A DNA stretch of 64,000 nt from a virus: positions 87,330 to 151,329 of IMG/VR virus record IMGVR_UViG_3300025138_000014; one strand, written 5' to 3'. The stretch's first letter is position 1; each line of letters opens with the position of its first letter. Position numbers and translations under genes: made by a program. The notes below the pieces were generated by a model. It saw nothing but the letters and a program-made list of their open reading frames with translations. It did not search any database and was not told the DNA's origin. This document shows positions 28,268 to 38,759 of this stretch, in pieces.

Positions 28268-29239
28268 ATGCTATTCGAAGAACAAATTTCAAGAAAACCA
28301 GATTTATACCCATGGACTAAACAGTTCATTGAAGCTATATGGAAAGGGTTTTGGACACCAGAAGAATTTAATTTCCGTTCGGACTATTCCCAATTTAAAA
28401 CAGATTTAAGTTCAGAAGAACGAGAGATTGTAGTTAAGACAATGTCTGCTATCGGACAAATAGAAATTGCTGTTAAATCTTTTTGGGCCGATGTCGGTAA
28501 TCATTTACCTCATCCATCTATTAAAGATTTAGGGTATGCTATGGCCAACTCAGAAGTTATCCATAATATGGCATATGAGAAAATTCTCGACGTGTTGCAT
28601 TTGACTCACGTCTTTGAAGAAAACTTAAATGTTGATGTGATTAAAGGACGTGTAGATTATCTGCGCAAGTATAACAAGAAAGTGTATGCTGACGACAAGA
28701 AGCAATACATCTATTCTATTATGTTGTTTACTTTGTTTGTAGAAAATGTTAGTCTGTTTTCACAGTTCTATATTATTATGCATATGAATAGAAATAAGGC
28801 AGTGATGAAAGATTGTGCTCAGCAAGTACAATATACACGTAATGAAGAAATGCTACACGCTCAAGTCGGCATTAAGTTAATTAATACTTTACGTGAAGAA
28901 TATCCAGATTTATTCGATGATGAGTTAGAAGCACGTGTACGTGAAGAATGCATTGATGCTCTTAAAGCAGAGAGTAAAGTGATTGATTGGATTATGAGTG
29001 GATACCAAACAGACGGTCTATCTGCTCCTATTCTTAAATCATTCATTGCAAAAAGAATGGCAGAATCTTTAGATCAGATTGGATTTGATAGTAGTGAAAT
29101 TAAGTATGACCCAGATCTGTTACATGAGACACTCTGGTTTGATGAAGAATTGCTAGGCGCTAATATGACCGACTTCTTTCAAAAGCGCCCGGTAGAATAT
29201 GCTAAAGGTAAAGGCATTAGCGCTGATGATTTATTTTAA
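28268..29239 (+). CDS. nrdB: ribonucleotide reductase beta subunit (class Id-like)
   Basis: QIEIAVK, EVIHNMAY, ENVSLFSQF, EEMLH, DFFQKRPVEY. Confidence 0.93.
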   Translation: MLFEEQISRKPDLYPWTKQFIEAIWKGFWTPEEFNFRSDYSQFKTDLSSEEREIVVKTMSAIGQIEIAVKSFWADVGNHLPHPSIKDLGYAMANSEVIHNMAYEKILDVLHLTHVFEENLNVDVIKGRVDYLRKYNKKVYADDKKQYIYSIMLFTLFVENVSLFSQFYIIMHMNRNKAVMKDCAQQVQYTRNEEMLHAQVGIKLINTLREEYPDLFDDELEARVREECIDALKAESKVIDWIMSGYQTDGLSAPILKSFIAKRMAESLDQIGFDSSEIKYDPDLLHETLWFDEELLGANMTDFFQKRPVEYAKGKGISADDLF

Positions 29240-29250
29240 AGGATTATATA

Positions 29251-30891
29251 ATGACATTTAAATGGGCTAACGATGACTCAAGAACATTTCTGAGTAGAGG
29301 TTATATTGATGGAAATATGACCGTTGAGGAGAGGGTAAGAACAATTGCCCAAACCGCTGAATCAATCCTTGAAATAGAAGGCTTTGGTGACAAATTCTAT
29401 GACTATATGAGCAAAGGTTATTATTCTCTTTCCTCTCCAGTATGGTCAAACTTCGGTACAAAGAAGGGTTTACCTATCTCTTGTAACGGAGTCAAGATTG
29501 AAGATAATATGGAATCAATTCTGCTTAAAGTAGCAGAAGTTGGAATGCAAACTAAAATGGGTGCTGGAACATCTGGTTACTTTGGTGCTTTGCGTTCCCG
29601 TGGAGAAGCTATTAAATCGGGTGGCACAGCGGATGGACCAGTTCACTTTATGAACTTAACTGAAACTACAGTAGATGTAGTTGCTCAGGGTAATGTACGA
29701 AGAGGTTCCTTTGCTGGTTATCTTGATATTGAATCTCCCGACATTTATGAGTTTCTTGACTGTCGTGAAGAAGGTTCTTCTATTATCAATATGAGTTTAG
29801 GTGTTTGTATCGGCGATGATTGGATGAACTCCATGATACACGGCGATCAAGAAAAGAGAACACTATGGGCAAGAGTATTGCGCAAGAGACGTGAGAGTGG
29901 TTACCCATATCTATTCTTTAAAGATACTGTAAACAATAATAAACCACAAGTCCTTAAAGATCAAGAGATTCCTATTTGGGCATCTAATCTATGTTCTGAG
30001 ATTTGTTTACCGTCAAGTCAAGAATGGTCTTTTGTTTGTAATCTGGCATCTATGAATTGTGCTACATTTGATGAATGGTCTGAAACTGATGCAGTGGAAG
30101 TAATGACTTACTTCCTTGATGCCGTAATGGAAGAGTATATCGAAAAGACAGCCAATATTCCGTTTATGAAATCAGCTCACGACTTTGCTGAAAATTGGCG
30201 TGCACTTGGTCTAGGACAACTCGGATGGCATTCTTATCTACAAGCAAATAACATTGCATTTGAATCATTTGATGCTCATATGAAAGCTGTTGAGATTAGT
30301 AGATTTATTGATGAAAGATCACTTATTGCTTCTCAAGAACTAGCTATTGAATATGGTGAGCCAGCTGGTATGTTAGGATATGGAGAACGTAATTTAACAA
30401 GAACAGCTGTTGCTCCAACTACAAGTTCATCATTTATTCTTGGACAAGTTTCTCCATCCATTGAACCACTAGCATCTAATTACTTTACAAAAGATTTGGC
30501 TAAAGGAAAGTTTACTTATCGTAACCCATATTTGGCCAAAGTATTCGAGAAATATGGTAAGGGAGAAGAAACTTGGATGGACGTGTTAAAGCACGGCGGA
30601 TCAGTACAACACTTAGACTTCTTGAGTGATCACGAAAGGAATATGTTTAAAACTTTCTCAGAAATATCACCGTTAATTATTGTACAACAAGCTGCTGCAA
30701 GACAGAAATATATTGATCAAGCACAATCTCTTAATATTATGATTGGACCAGATGTACCAGCTAAAGATGTTAATGCTCTATTAATAGAAGGTTGGAAACT
30801 AGGAGTCAAGACATTCTATTATCAACGCAGTTCTAATCCTGCTCAAGAATTAGTTAGGGATATTATGAACTGTGCGAGTTGTGAAGCATAA
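29251..30891 (+). CDS. nrdA: ribonucleotide reductase alpha subunit, no ATP-cone
   Basis: GLPISC, SNLCSEI, APTTSSS, KTFYY, C-terminal CASCEA. Confidence 0.95.
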   Translation: MTFKWANDDSRTFLSRGYIDGNMTVEERVRTIAQTAESILEIEGFGDKFYDYMSKGYYSLSSPVWSNFGTKKGLPISCNGVKIEDNMESILLKVAEVGMQTKMGAGTSGYFGALRSRGEAIKSGGTADGPVHFMNLTETTVDVVAQGNVRRGSFAGYLDIESPDIYEFLDCREEGSSIINMSLGVCIGDDWMNSMIHGDQEKRTLWARVLRKRRESGYPYLFFKDTVNNNKPQVLKDQEIPIWASNLCSEICLPSSQEWSFVCNLASMNCATFDEWSETDAVEVMTYFLDAVMEEYIEKTANIPFMKSAHDFAENWRALGLGQLGWHSYLQANNIAFESFDAHMKAVEISRFIDERSLIASQELAIEYGEPAGMLGYGERNLTRTAVAPTTSSSFILGQVSPSIEPLASNYFTKDLAKGKFTYRNPYLAKVFEKYGKGEETWMDVLKHGGSVQHLDFLSDHERNMFKTFSEISPLIIVQQAAARQKYIDQAQSLNIMIGPDVPAKDVNALLIEGWKLGVKTFYYQRSSNPAQELVRDIMNCASCEA

Positions 30892-31561
30892 TGGCTCGGC
30901 ATAGTCAAGCGTATGTCCGTGAGAAAATGGCAGAACTCATGAAACCCATTGATCGTCAGATTATGATGACTGATGATCAAGAAGAAATACTTATGTTTGC
31001 TTGCACTATGTTACAACGTGTGAGAACGATACTAGATAGTCAGATAGGACCAACTGGTAGAAAACAAATCTTTCAAGATGCTATCGACCGTGATGATTAA
31101 TACACACGGTTTTGAAGTAGTATGTGACGAAACAAACAATACACCAGCAAGTATTGATGCTAATGAATTTTATATTGATGTTGTGGACAAGGTTTATTTA
31201 GATATTAAGCCTCGTCCACAGCAATCTGAGGTTGTTAGGTCACTCAAAAATCAAGCGGGTGAAGAATGGAAGTCCAGATGCACTGAGCATTATGCTTGGA
31301 AAGCTGCCGAATATATTGAATTTCTTGAAAGTACAATAAGAAAGTATCAGATCAGTAATGACCCGTTTACAAAACTTTAAGGCTTGGTTCAAACATTTAA
31401 AACAAGAAGGTATCAAAATGTACGGTGAAGATCAAAGCGATCTTGGTTGGTATGGAAAATATAACAATATGAATTGTTGTATATGGGCTTTCCATAATTC
31501 TGGCACTCACTTTACTAACGGTACATATTTTAAAAAAGGAAAAAGAATTGAGCAAAAATAA
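30891..31561 (+). CDS. three small hypothetical ORFs (30891-31100, ~31091-31380, 31358-31561)
   Basis: Tightly packed, overlapping start/stop codons. Confidence 0.6.
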
Positions 31562-31700
31562 AATACATCACTTGGTCTGTCCGGTATGTGAATATGAATG
31601 TTATATAGAACCTATTAATGATAAAGATCCGCCTGAACATTGTCCTATGTGTTCTGCTGTAGTTTCAATGGAATCAGATGACGAAGATGATTGGGAATAA
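31548..31700 (+). CDS. small zinc-ribbon protein (TTG start, not in ORF track)
   Basis: CPVC...CPMC, acidic tail. Confidence 0.65.
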   Translation: MSKNKIHHLVCPVCEYECYIEPINDKDPPEHCPMCSAVVSMESDDEDDWE

Positions 31701-31717
31701 CCAATATAGATAATTAC

Positions 31718-32146
31718 ATGTGGATTTATAATGAAAAAGAATTTAAGCCTACACAAGACGATTTACAGTCTTGGGTAGGTTTTGTGTATCTGATTACTGA
31801 TACCGCTAACAGTAAAAAGTATATTGGTAAAAAACTATTTTGGTCTACAAGGAGACTAAAACCATTAAAGGGAAAGACACGAAAACGGGTTCAAGTTAAA
31901 GAATCAGATTGGACGACATATCATGGCTCAAGCGAAGAAGTGAAAGCATTAGTTGAAAACTCTGATCCTTCAAGATGGAAACGTGAAATAATTAGACTTT
32001 GTAAAGCAAAAGGGGAGATGAGTTACTATGAAACAAAAGAACAATTTGATAGACACGTGCTATTTTCTGATGAATATTACAATGAATTTATCGGTTGTAA
32101 AATTCACTCGCGCCATGTAAAGGGTAAGTGTGATGATCCAATATGA
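31718..32146 (+). CDS. GIY-YIG (Seg-like) endonuclease
   Basis: GFVYLIT...KYIGKK, Y.GSS, REI, YYN. Confidence 0.85.
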   Translation: MWIYNEKEFKPTQDDLQSWVGFVYLITDTANSKKYIGKKLFWSTRRLKPLKGKTRKRVQVKESDWTTYHGSSEEVKALVENSDPSRWKREIIRLCKAKGEMSYYETKEQFDRHVLFSDEYYNEFIGCKIHSRHVKGKCDDPI

Positions 32147-32414
32147 CTGTGAAATACAAGATATGGGCCCAGAAGAAATAAAAGAAGCCAATCGTTTAAT
32201 GTGGCTTGTCAAAGGACAACTTTGTCCGATAGAGTACAGTAAAAAAGATATTCACGGTGTATTTCGAGGGTATTTTAAAAGGCTTTGGTGTAACAATGAA
32301 AGAAGTGAATATGCCGAAGATGGATTTGAAGAGGCTTGGAACCAAAGGCAATGGTACCTGGCAGAAAAAGAACAAGAAGAAATAGATACAATATGTATTA
32401 GATCAATGGATTAA
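32130..32414 (+). CDS. hypothetical protein
   Basis: ORF in operon. Confidence 0.6.
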   Translation: MMIQYDCEIQDMGPEEIKEANRLMWLVKGQLCPIEYSKKDIHGVFRGYFKRLWCNNERSEYAEDGFEEAWNQRQWYLAEKEQEEIDTICIRSMD

Positions 32415-32437
32415 ATAAAAAAAAGCGATATTAGGTG

Positions 32438-32466
32438 TTTACATATACTTTTTTATGTAGTATAAA
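32438..32466 (+). promoter_or_regulatory. early promoter
   Basis: TTAGGTGTTTACA-17-TATAAA. Confidence 0.75.
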
Positions 32467-32501
32467 AGTTATAGCAAAACAACTTAAAGAGAGACAAGAA
32501 A

Positions 32502-32933
32502 ATGTTTGACCTAATCTCAGATCTCCACAAAGAAGTTTACGGATTCCGCCCTACTCAAGATTGGTGGGTGGATTGGAATAACTCTTCAGATTCCCAGAAA
32601 GAAAAAATCTGGGATGAGTATAATCGTGTTAATGAGTTACAGATAGTAGAAGCGACTCAACGTGAAGAAAAAAACTTGCAAGATTTTAAATCTAATATTG
32701 CAAAGATGATGTTTGATCATAACTTGACTAAATTAGATGCCGTCCGCTGGTGGATTGAAGCCGAAGGTTTAAATGAGACTGATCTTATGTATGGATCAAG
32801 CTACATTAACTACAGCCACAATCTGCCATATCAGAATGATATGAATGAGATTATAGACGAAGCTTGTTCAGATCGAGTGCGTGAAATTTATGCCGCTGAA
32901 GAAGCAGAATATTCAGCTTTACAATACTCTTAA
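32502..32933 (+). CDS. early hypothetical protein
   Basis: SDLHKEVYGFRP motif. Confidence 0.75.
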   Translation: MFDLISDLHKEVYGFRPTQDWWVDWNNSSDSQKEKIWDEYNRVNELQIVEATQREEKNLQDFKSNIAKMMFDHNLTKLDAVRWWIEAEGLNETDLMYGSSYINYSHNLPYQNDMNEIIDEACSDRVREIYAAEEAEYSALQYS

Positions 32934-33118
32934 ATTGTGTTATAATAAGATTATAGGAGATACACAATGGAATGGACTATAAAAGCATACCACTGGAAAG
33001 ATGGATCCAATCACATGGTTCAGTGGGCTAGTGGATTAAGTCACTCTCATGCAGCAAAGATGTTTAAACAACTGCATGATCGGAAAGAATTTGCAATGAT
33101 AACTATGAAAGAAAATAA

Positions 33119-33970
33119 ATGATTTTACTTGATTTTTCAGGCGTGTCTATTGCGCCTATTGCTATGGGAGCTGCTCAGGTTGACGAGCATCTAATTCGTC
33201 ATATGGTTCTAAATAGTATTCGTATGTATAAGCAAAAGTTTAAAGAATACGGAGATATGGTTATTGTATGCGATGCTGGTGGTAACTGGCGCAAAGATGA
33301 ATACCCAGAATATAAAGGCAATCGTAAAAACTCCAGACAGGAGTCAAATATTGACTGGGATGAGGCTTTCCGTATTCTTAATATGGTAAGAGATGAGATT
33401 ACCGAGAACCTTCCATATAAAGTAATCCATCAATGGGGCTGTGAAGCAGATGACTCAATTGCCGAGATTGTTAAATGGACTCAAGAGTTTGGTAACTATG
33501 AAGAAGTTATGATTGTATCAGCTGACCGTGACTTTAAACAGTTACAGAAGTTTGATAATGTGAAGCAGTATTCTAATATTACTAAAAAGTTTGTTAAAGA
33601 ACCAAATCCACGTCTGTTCTTACAAGAACATATCTTGACTGGCTGCAGTGGTGATGGTGTACCAAATGTTTTATCTGATGATGATACACTAATTAATCCA
33701 GATAAGCGTCAACCACCATTAACTAAAAAGAAGAAAGAAGCATTACTTGAAGATCCTCGGGCTCTTGGCGATACTGTATATAGAAATTGGTGCCGAAACA
33801 AGAAGATGATTGACTTGACAGAAGAGTCACAGTGCCCAGAAGTAGTAAAAACAGAAATTATAAATACTTTTGAATCACAAGACAACATGTCTAAAAAGAG
33901 TAAGGTTTTACCATACTTGATTCAAAAAAGATGTAGATTATTAATTGAATGTGTAGAGGAATTTTTTTAA
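33119..33970 (+). CDS. rnh: T4-type RNase H / 5'-3' exonuclease
   Basis: LLDF, WRK..YPEYK.NR, EADD, SADRDF.QL, GDGVPN. Confidence 0.93.
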   Translation: MILLDFSGVSIAPIAMGAAQVDEHLIRHMVLNSIRMYKQKFKEYGDMVIVCDAGGNWRKDEYPEYKGNRKNSRQESNIDWDEAFRILNMVRDEITENLPYKVIHQWGCEADDSIAEIVKWTQEFGNYEEVMIVSADRDFKQLQKFDNVKQYSNITKKFVKEPNPRLFLQEHILTGCSGDGVPNVLSDDDTLINPDKRQPPLTKKKKEALLEDPRALGDTVYRNWCRNKKMIDLTEESQCPEVVKTEIINTFESQDNMSKKSKVLPYLIQKRCRLLIECVEEFF

Positions 33971-34422
33971 TGAAATTGGTTCATGAAGTGTTAGAGCTGT
34001 TACAAAAACAGCAAACAAAAGTAGAAAAAGTTAATGTGCTAAAGTCCAATGAGACTTGGGCACTAAAAGATATATTAAGAGGATCTATTGACAGTACAGT
34101 AGAGTGGGCGTTGCCAGCAGGCTCTCCACCCTATGTCGCAAATAGACCAGAGTCCACCCCATCAAACTTACTCAAGCAGAATGTAAAATTTAAATATTTT
34201 GTAAAGGGTGGACAATACGTGAATATGAAACAGGTAAAGCGTGAGAAACTCTTTATTGAAGTGCTTGAGTCAATTCACCCTAAAGATGCAGAATTAGTTG
34301 TAAACATGGTTTCTAAGCCTGAAGCTAAAGGCGGATGGTATGATCTAGGTTCATGCAAGATTACAAGACCTATGATTAATGAAGCCTTTCCTGACTTGCT
34401 GCAAGATAATAATAAGGAATGA
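33970..34422 (+). CDS. conserved T4-like hypothetical (DUF6433-like)
   Basis: W.LP.G.PPY, KREKLFI..LESIHP.DA. Confidence 0.75.
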   Translation: MKLVHEVLELLQKQQTKVEKVNVLKSNETWALKDILRGSIDSTVEWALPAGSPPYVANRPESTPSNLLKQNVKFKYFVKGGQYVNMKQVKREKLFIEVLESIHPKDAELVVNMVSKPEAKGGWYDLGSCKITRPMINEAFPDLLQDNNKE

Positions 34423-34428
34423 CAAATA

Positions 34429-34603
34429 CATGGTATCAGCTCAAATTGAACGATTGAAAAAAGATTCAAGGGAACTAAGTCAGTATTCAAGAAAATTAGA
34501 AAAAAAAGGAAGACATGATTTGAAACACAAAATAGACGTTAAACAAGACTACCTAGATCAAGTCATTGCTGATATCGAGGAACAAAAAAATACTTTTAAT
34601 TAG
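34429..34603 (+). CDS. small hypothetical protein
   Basis: MVSAQIERLKKDSREL. Confidence 0.55.
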
Positions 34604-34665
34604 GGGTTTACAATTAACATTATAGCTGATATAGTTAGTATAACAAAACAGCAACAGGTGAAAAC

Positions 34666-35229
34666 ATGAATATATTTGTATTAGATAATAACCCTATAAA
34701 AGCAGCACAACTGCAGTGCGATAAGCACGTAGTAAAAATGATCGTGGAGAGTGCACAGATGCTCTCCACGGCTCATCGTATGCTAGATGGTATAGAAACC
34801 AAAAAGCTGTCTAAATCAGGCAAACGTATGGTAAAATATTGGACTATGGAAGACGAGCTGAAAGAAAATACTTTGTATAAAGCAGTTCACTTTGCTCATC
34901 CTTGTACTGTATGGTCTATGGAATCAGTCCAAAATTATATCTGGCACTACGATCACTTCGATGCTCTTTGTATCGAGTACACATATCGCTACAGAAAAGT
35001 TCACGCAACTCAAACCAAGCTTGCAGATATGTTATCTATTCCCCCACGTAATTTGCCATCGGTAGGTCTTACTCCATTCCGTTTAGCTATGCAACACCAA
35101 CCACAGTGTATCAACGAGGCTGATCCAGTACAGTCTTACAAAGATTATTATCAGACTAAGCAAGAGAATTTCAAAATGGCTTGGACTGGTCGTAATATCC
35201 CGGAGTGGTTTAATGTGGCTGCAGCCTAA
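34666..35229 (+). CDS. pyrimidine-dimer glycosylase (Pyr_excise)-related protein
   Basis: MNIFVLD, DKHVVKMIVESAQMLST, HPCT.W, EYTYRY.K.H; promoter at 34607-34635. Confidence 0.75.
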   Translation: MNIFVLDNNPIKAAQLQCDKHVVKMIVESAQMLSTAHRMLDGIETKKLSKSGKRMVKYWTMEDELKENTLYKAVHFAHPCTVWSMESVQNYIWHYDHFDALCIEYTYRYRKVHATQTKLADMLSIPPRNLPSVGLTPFRLAMQHQPQCINEADPVQSYKDYYQTKQENFKMAWTGRNIPEWFNVAAA

Positions 35230-35666
35230 TTATACAACTATAGATGAAATCAAAATCGGTAAGATAGTGGGTACAAATGGTCCACTGCCTTATCCAAAGA
35301 AACTTGGTACTCATTTAAGGCTCGTGGAAACGGAGACAGGGATGAGATATATACAACTATATTCAACCCTTTCAAAGCAGTGGAATATAATGTACAGATA
35401 TGAAATAGAAGCATCTTGGAAACAATGGAAAAAACATGCCAACATACACGATTAGAAATGAGAAAACAGGTATTGAAGAAACAGTAATTTGTTCTTGGAA
35501 AGATTTACAAGCAATAACTAATTCAGAACATATAACTCATGTCTTGAAACCACTACAAATAATTTCTAGCACAGGAAGCCTTGGATCAAAACGACCTGAT
35601 GGATTTACTGATGTTCTTAAAGAAATGAAGAAAAAAGCCGGCCGGGGAAACACTATAAAGATTTGA
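35213..35666 (+). CDS. two small ORFs (35213-35455; 35436-35666 FmdB-like MPTY start)
   Basis: MPTYT N-terminus upstream of phoH. Confidence 0.6.
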
Positions 35667-35674
35667 GAAGTATT

Positions 35675-36367
35675 ATGAGCAGAAAAACTACTAAGTCAAT
35701 GACTATTCGTCTTGATGATCTACCTTCTTTCGAACCAAAAACAGAGAATCAAAGCATTGCATGTGATTCTTGGGATGAAAATGATAATCTAATACTAGCT
35801 GGATCAGCTGGTACTGGTAAAACATATCTCGCTATGTCTTTAGGACTTGAAGAGGTATTAGATAAAGAAACTCCATATAAAAATTTAACAATCGTGAGAT
35901 CAATTGTTCCGACACGAGACATTGGTTTTTTACCTGGTAACGAAGAAGAAAAGAAAGATGCTTACACAGCACCATATCGTGGAATCCTAACAGAAATTTT
36001 AGGTGATAAGGACGCTTGGAGTAAACTTAATCAAACTGGTTCTATATCATTTGAATCAACATCGTTTATTCGTGGTATTACATTTACCGACTCAATTATC
36101 ATTGTAGATGAAATGCAGAATTTAACATTTCATGAACTTGACTCAGTGATAACACGTCTAGGTGATAATTGCAGAATTATTTTCTGCGGTGATTATCAGC
36201 AATCAGATTTTCGCTTTAAAGACGAGAAGGAGGGTTTAGTACCGTTTATAAACATTTTAGAGCAACTGAAACACTTCACACTAATTAGTTTTGGTTGGGA
36301 AGATATTGTGCGGTCGGGAATCGTGCGAGATTATATCATGACAAAGGAGATGATGGGAATAGTCTGA
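35675..36367 (+). CDS. phoH: PhoH-family ATPase
   Basis: GSAGTGKT, IGFLPG, RGITF, DEMQN, GD..QSD, DIVRS. Confidence 0.95.
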   Translation: MSRKTTKSMTIRLDDLPSFEPKTENQSIACDSWDENDNLILAGSAGTGKTYLAMSLGLEEVLDKETPYKNLTIVRSIVPTRDIGFLPGNEEEKKDAYTAPYRGILTEILGDKDAWSKLNQTGSISFESTSFIRGITFTDSIIIVDEMQNLTFHELDSVITRLGDNCRIIFCGDYQQSDFRFKDEKEGLVPFINILEQLKHFTLISFGWEDIVRSGIVRDYIMTKEMMGIV

Positions 36368-36487
36368 TGTCCAAATTTACTAGATTCGATCCAAGAAACA
36401 AAAAGAAAAACAGAAACAAGTACAATTCAATAGAAAAACATTTTCCTAAAATAAAAGACAAACAAGTTGTACTTAGAAAGTTAAATT

Positions 36488-37159
36488 ATGAAATTCTTAC
36501 ACCAGAAAATACCGTTGGGGTATCTGGACCTGACGGCGGAGACCCTTCCAAAGGGTAGAACATATACCGATCCAGATGGTAACAAATATCCGAGTATTAC
36601 TACAGTCCTTGGTATTCTTTCACGTGACTCCATCGCAGCATGGAAAAAACGTGTTGGAGAAGAGGAAGCAAATAAGATTTCTTATAAAGCATCTAGTCGT
36701 GGTACCGCTGTTCACGACATTGTAGAGAAATATTTGAACAACGAGGATACAGGTAAAACCATGCCGCATATCCAAGCCAGCTTATCTAATTTAAAACCCA
36801 TTTTAAATAGAATTGATGTTATATATGGTCAAGAAGTACCGCTATATTCTAAGCATCTTGGAGTTGCTGGTAGAGTTGACTGTGTCGGTAAATTTGATGG
36901 TGTTCCATCCATAATTGATTTTAAAACATCCAAAAGAGTAAAGAAGCGAGAATGGTGTAAAGGTTACTTTATGCAAGAAGCAGCTTATGCTATCATGTGG
37001 GAAGAAAGAACTGGAATGCCTATTCCAAATCTGGTTACCATAATGGATGTAGATAATGAGGATCCATTAGTCTTTATAGAGCATAGAGATCAGTGGGTAC
37101 CAAAGTTATTTGAAACAATTGAATTATATCGTGAAGATATGAGAAAAAGACCACTTTAG
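36488..37159 (+). CDS. PD-(D/E)XK exonuclease (Cas4/RecB-like)
   Basis: YPSITTVL, RGT.VH, AGRVD, IDFKTS, Q..AY. Confidence 0.88.
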   Translation: MKFLHQKIPLGYLDLTAETLPKGRTYTDPDGNKYPSITTVLGILSRDSIAAWKKRVGEEEANKISYKASSRGTAVHDIVEKYLNNEDTGKTMPHIQASLSNLKPILNRIDVIYGQEVPLYSKHLGVAGRVDCVGKFDGVPSIIDFKTSKRVKKREWCKGYFMQEAAYAIMWEERTGMPIPNLVTIMDVDNEDPLVFIEHRDQWVPKLFETIELYREDMRKRPL

Positions 37160-37215
37160 TTGTTTACAAGCCTTTCATAGTATAGTATAGTTAATTATCA
37201 ACAGAGAGAGAAAGT

Positions 37216-37589
37216 ATGACTATGAATGAAATACAAGATGAAGTCAACCGTATCTATGCTTTACCTACGCCCGGTTCACTGCAAGGTATTATTGAGAAAG
37301 AGTTTTATGACTGGGCTGTAGATGCAGGTGTGTGGGTTCCAAGCGGACCATCACATAATGAAATTATGAAACAATTTGTACAACATAAAGGATGGAACTA
37401 ATGACACCTAAAATTAACCCATTATGGATTGTGTTCACAGTATTTTTTGGTGGACTTGGTATTTGGCTTATTGCGCTAGACTCGCTCGCAGGTTACTTAA
37501 TGTGCTTTGGTGTATTAGGTTGGTTGTTCATAGCAAATAATACAGATCAATTGTTTATTGAAGACGATGATGAAGAGGAAGATTATTAA
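37216..37589 (+). CDS. two small hypothetical ORFs (37216-37401; 37392-37589 membrane)
   Basis: Downstream of promoter 37163-37191. Confidence 0.6.
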
Positions 37590-37591
37590 TT

Positions 37592-38188
37592 ATGTATGAC
37601 TTGGAAAAAGTAATCTTAACAGATTGCGATGGCGTATTCCTTAATTGGGAGTACGCTTTTATCACCTGGATGAATCAACACGGTTATGAGGAAGTTCAAA
37701 CTATTGGTACAGCACAATATGATGTATCAAAGAGGTTCGGTATATCTCGTGAAAAAGGTAAAGAGTTGGTAAAATTCTTTAATGAATCGGCTGCAATTGG
37801 TTTTCTCCCTCCGTTACGTGATGCAATGTATTATGTAGATTTGCTTCATAGAAAGCATGGCTACCAATTTCATATGATCACATCACTGTCTCTTGATAAG
37901 AATGCGCACCAACTCCGTATAAATAACATTAAGAAGTTATTTGGAGAAACTGCATTTTCTGAATATATCTTCTTGGATACAGGCGAAGATAAGGATCGTA
38001 TTCTAAGTCAGTATGAAGGCACTAATTATCTTTGGATTGAAGATAAGGTTGAGAATGCAGTCTGTGGTGCAAAGTTCGGACTTGAGTCAGTCCTTATGGA
38101 ACACGGACACAATATGAACAATACCGAATTCCCATTAATGGTTAACTGGAAAGAATTATATGAATATATCACTGGCATCTCTGCTTAA
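37592..38188 (+). CDS. HAD 5'-nucleotidase-like (T4 30.2-like)
   Basis: LTDCDGV, ITSL, WIEDK..N. Confidence 0.8.
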   Translation: MYDLEKVILTDCDGVFLNWEYAFITWMNQHGYEEVQTIGTAQYDVSKRFGISREKGKELVKFFNESAAIGFLPPLRDAMYYVDLLHRKHGYQFHMITSLSLDKNAHQLRINNIKKLFGETAFSEYIFLDTGEDKDRILSQYEGTNYLWIEDKVENAVCGAKFGLESVLMEHGHNMNNTEFPLMVNWKELYEYITGISA

Positions 38189-38367
38189 TCTACGAACTCA
38201 ATGGGAGCATGAAGTAGAAAATTTTAAATTTCCCGATGAAGAAAATTATAATGGTACTCTAAATAATTTGGCTTGGTTTCTAAAATATGGATATAAATCT
38301 AATAGTTTAAGACCCGGCTTTGATAATGCGATATACTTATCGGAACAAATCATAAAGGAGTGCCGAC

Positions 38368-38745
38368 ATGGCAACAAAAAGCCTAGAAAAAGGGTCACAG
38401 TGGGAACATCTTGACGTAGATGGTGACGGAATAGTTAGTGATGAGGAGATAGCAATGGAACGACAGATGATCGAACTAGCTGATCTAAAGTCAGACATGG
38501 AGAATGAAGATAAGAAACAAGACGCACAACGGAATATGGCATGGTTTGCTTTATTCGGTATGCTATTATATCCATTCTCAGTTGTCTTGGCAGTACTGTT
38601 AAATCTAACACAAGCAGCAGAAATTCTTGGAGATATGGCTGCAGTTTACTTTGTATCAGTGGCTGCTATTGTAGCTGCATTCTATGCAAAAGAAGGTTTA
38701 ACTCAAAAGAAAAAAGCAAAGCCACCAGCCAACGATAGTAGATAA
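38368..38745 (+). CDS. two-TM membrane protein with EF-hand-like loop
   Basis: DVDGDGIVSDEE; two TM helices; basic C-tail. Confidence 0.7.
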   Translation: MATKSLEKGSQWEHLDVDGDGIVSDEEIAMERQMIELADLKSDMENEDKKQDAQRNMAWFALFGMLLYPFSVVLAVLLNLTQAAEILGDMAAVYFVSVAAIVAAFYAKEGLTQKKKAKPPANDSR

Positions 38746-38759
38746 AATGGAATTTTATA

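Noticed and set aside
548-30891. Introns or inteins in gp43, uvsX, gp41, thyX, nrdA/B
   Set aside because: All frames are continuous, of normal or short length, with no splicing motifs.
36488-37159. Cas4-like nuclease as sign of a CRISPR system
   Set aside because: No repeat-spacer array or other cas genes; a common phage exonuclease beside phoH.
21630-37925. Intragenic TATAAATA at 21630, 33859 and 37918
   Set aside because: Inside coding sequence in an AT-rich genome; cannot be told from chance without TSS data.
38368-38745. Holin assignment (also considered for 24219-24500)
   Set aside because: Topology is compatible, but there is no diagnostic motif and neither is adjacent to the endolysin.
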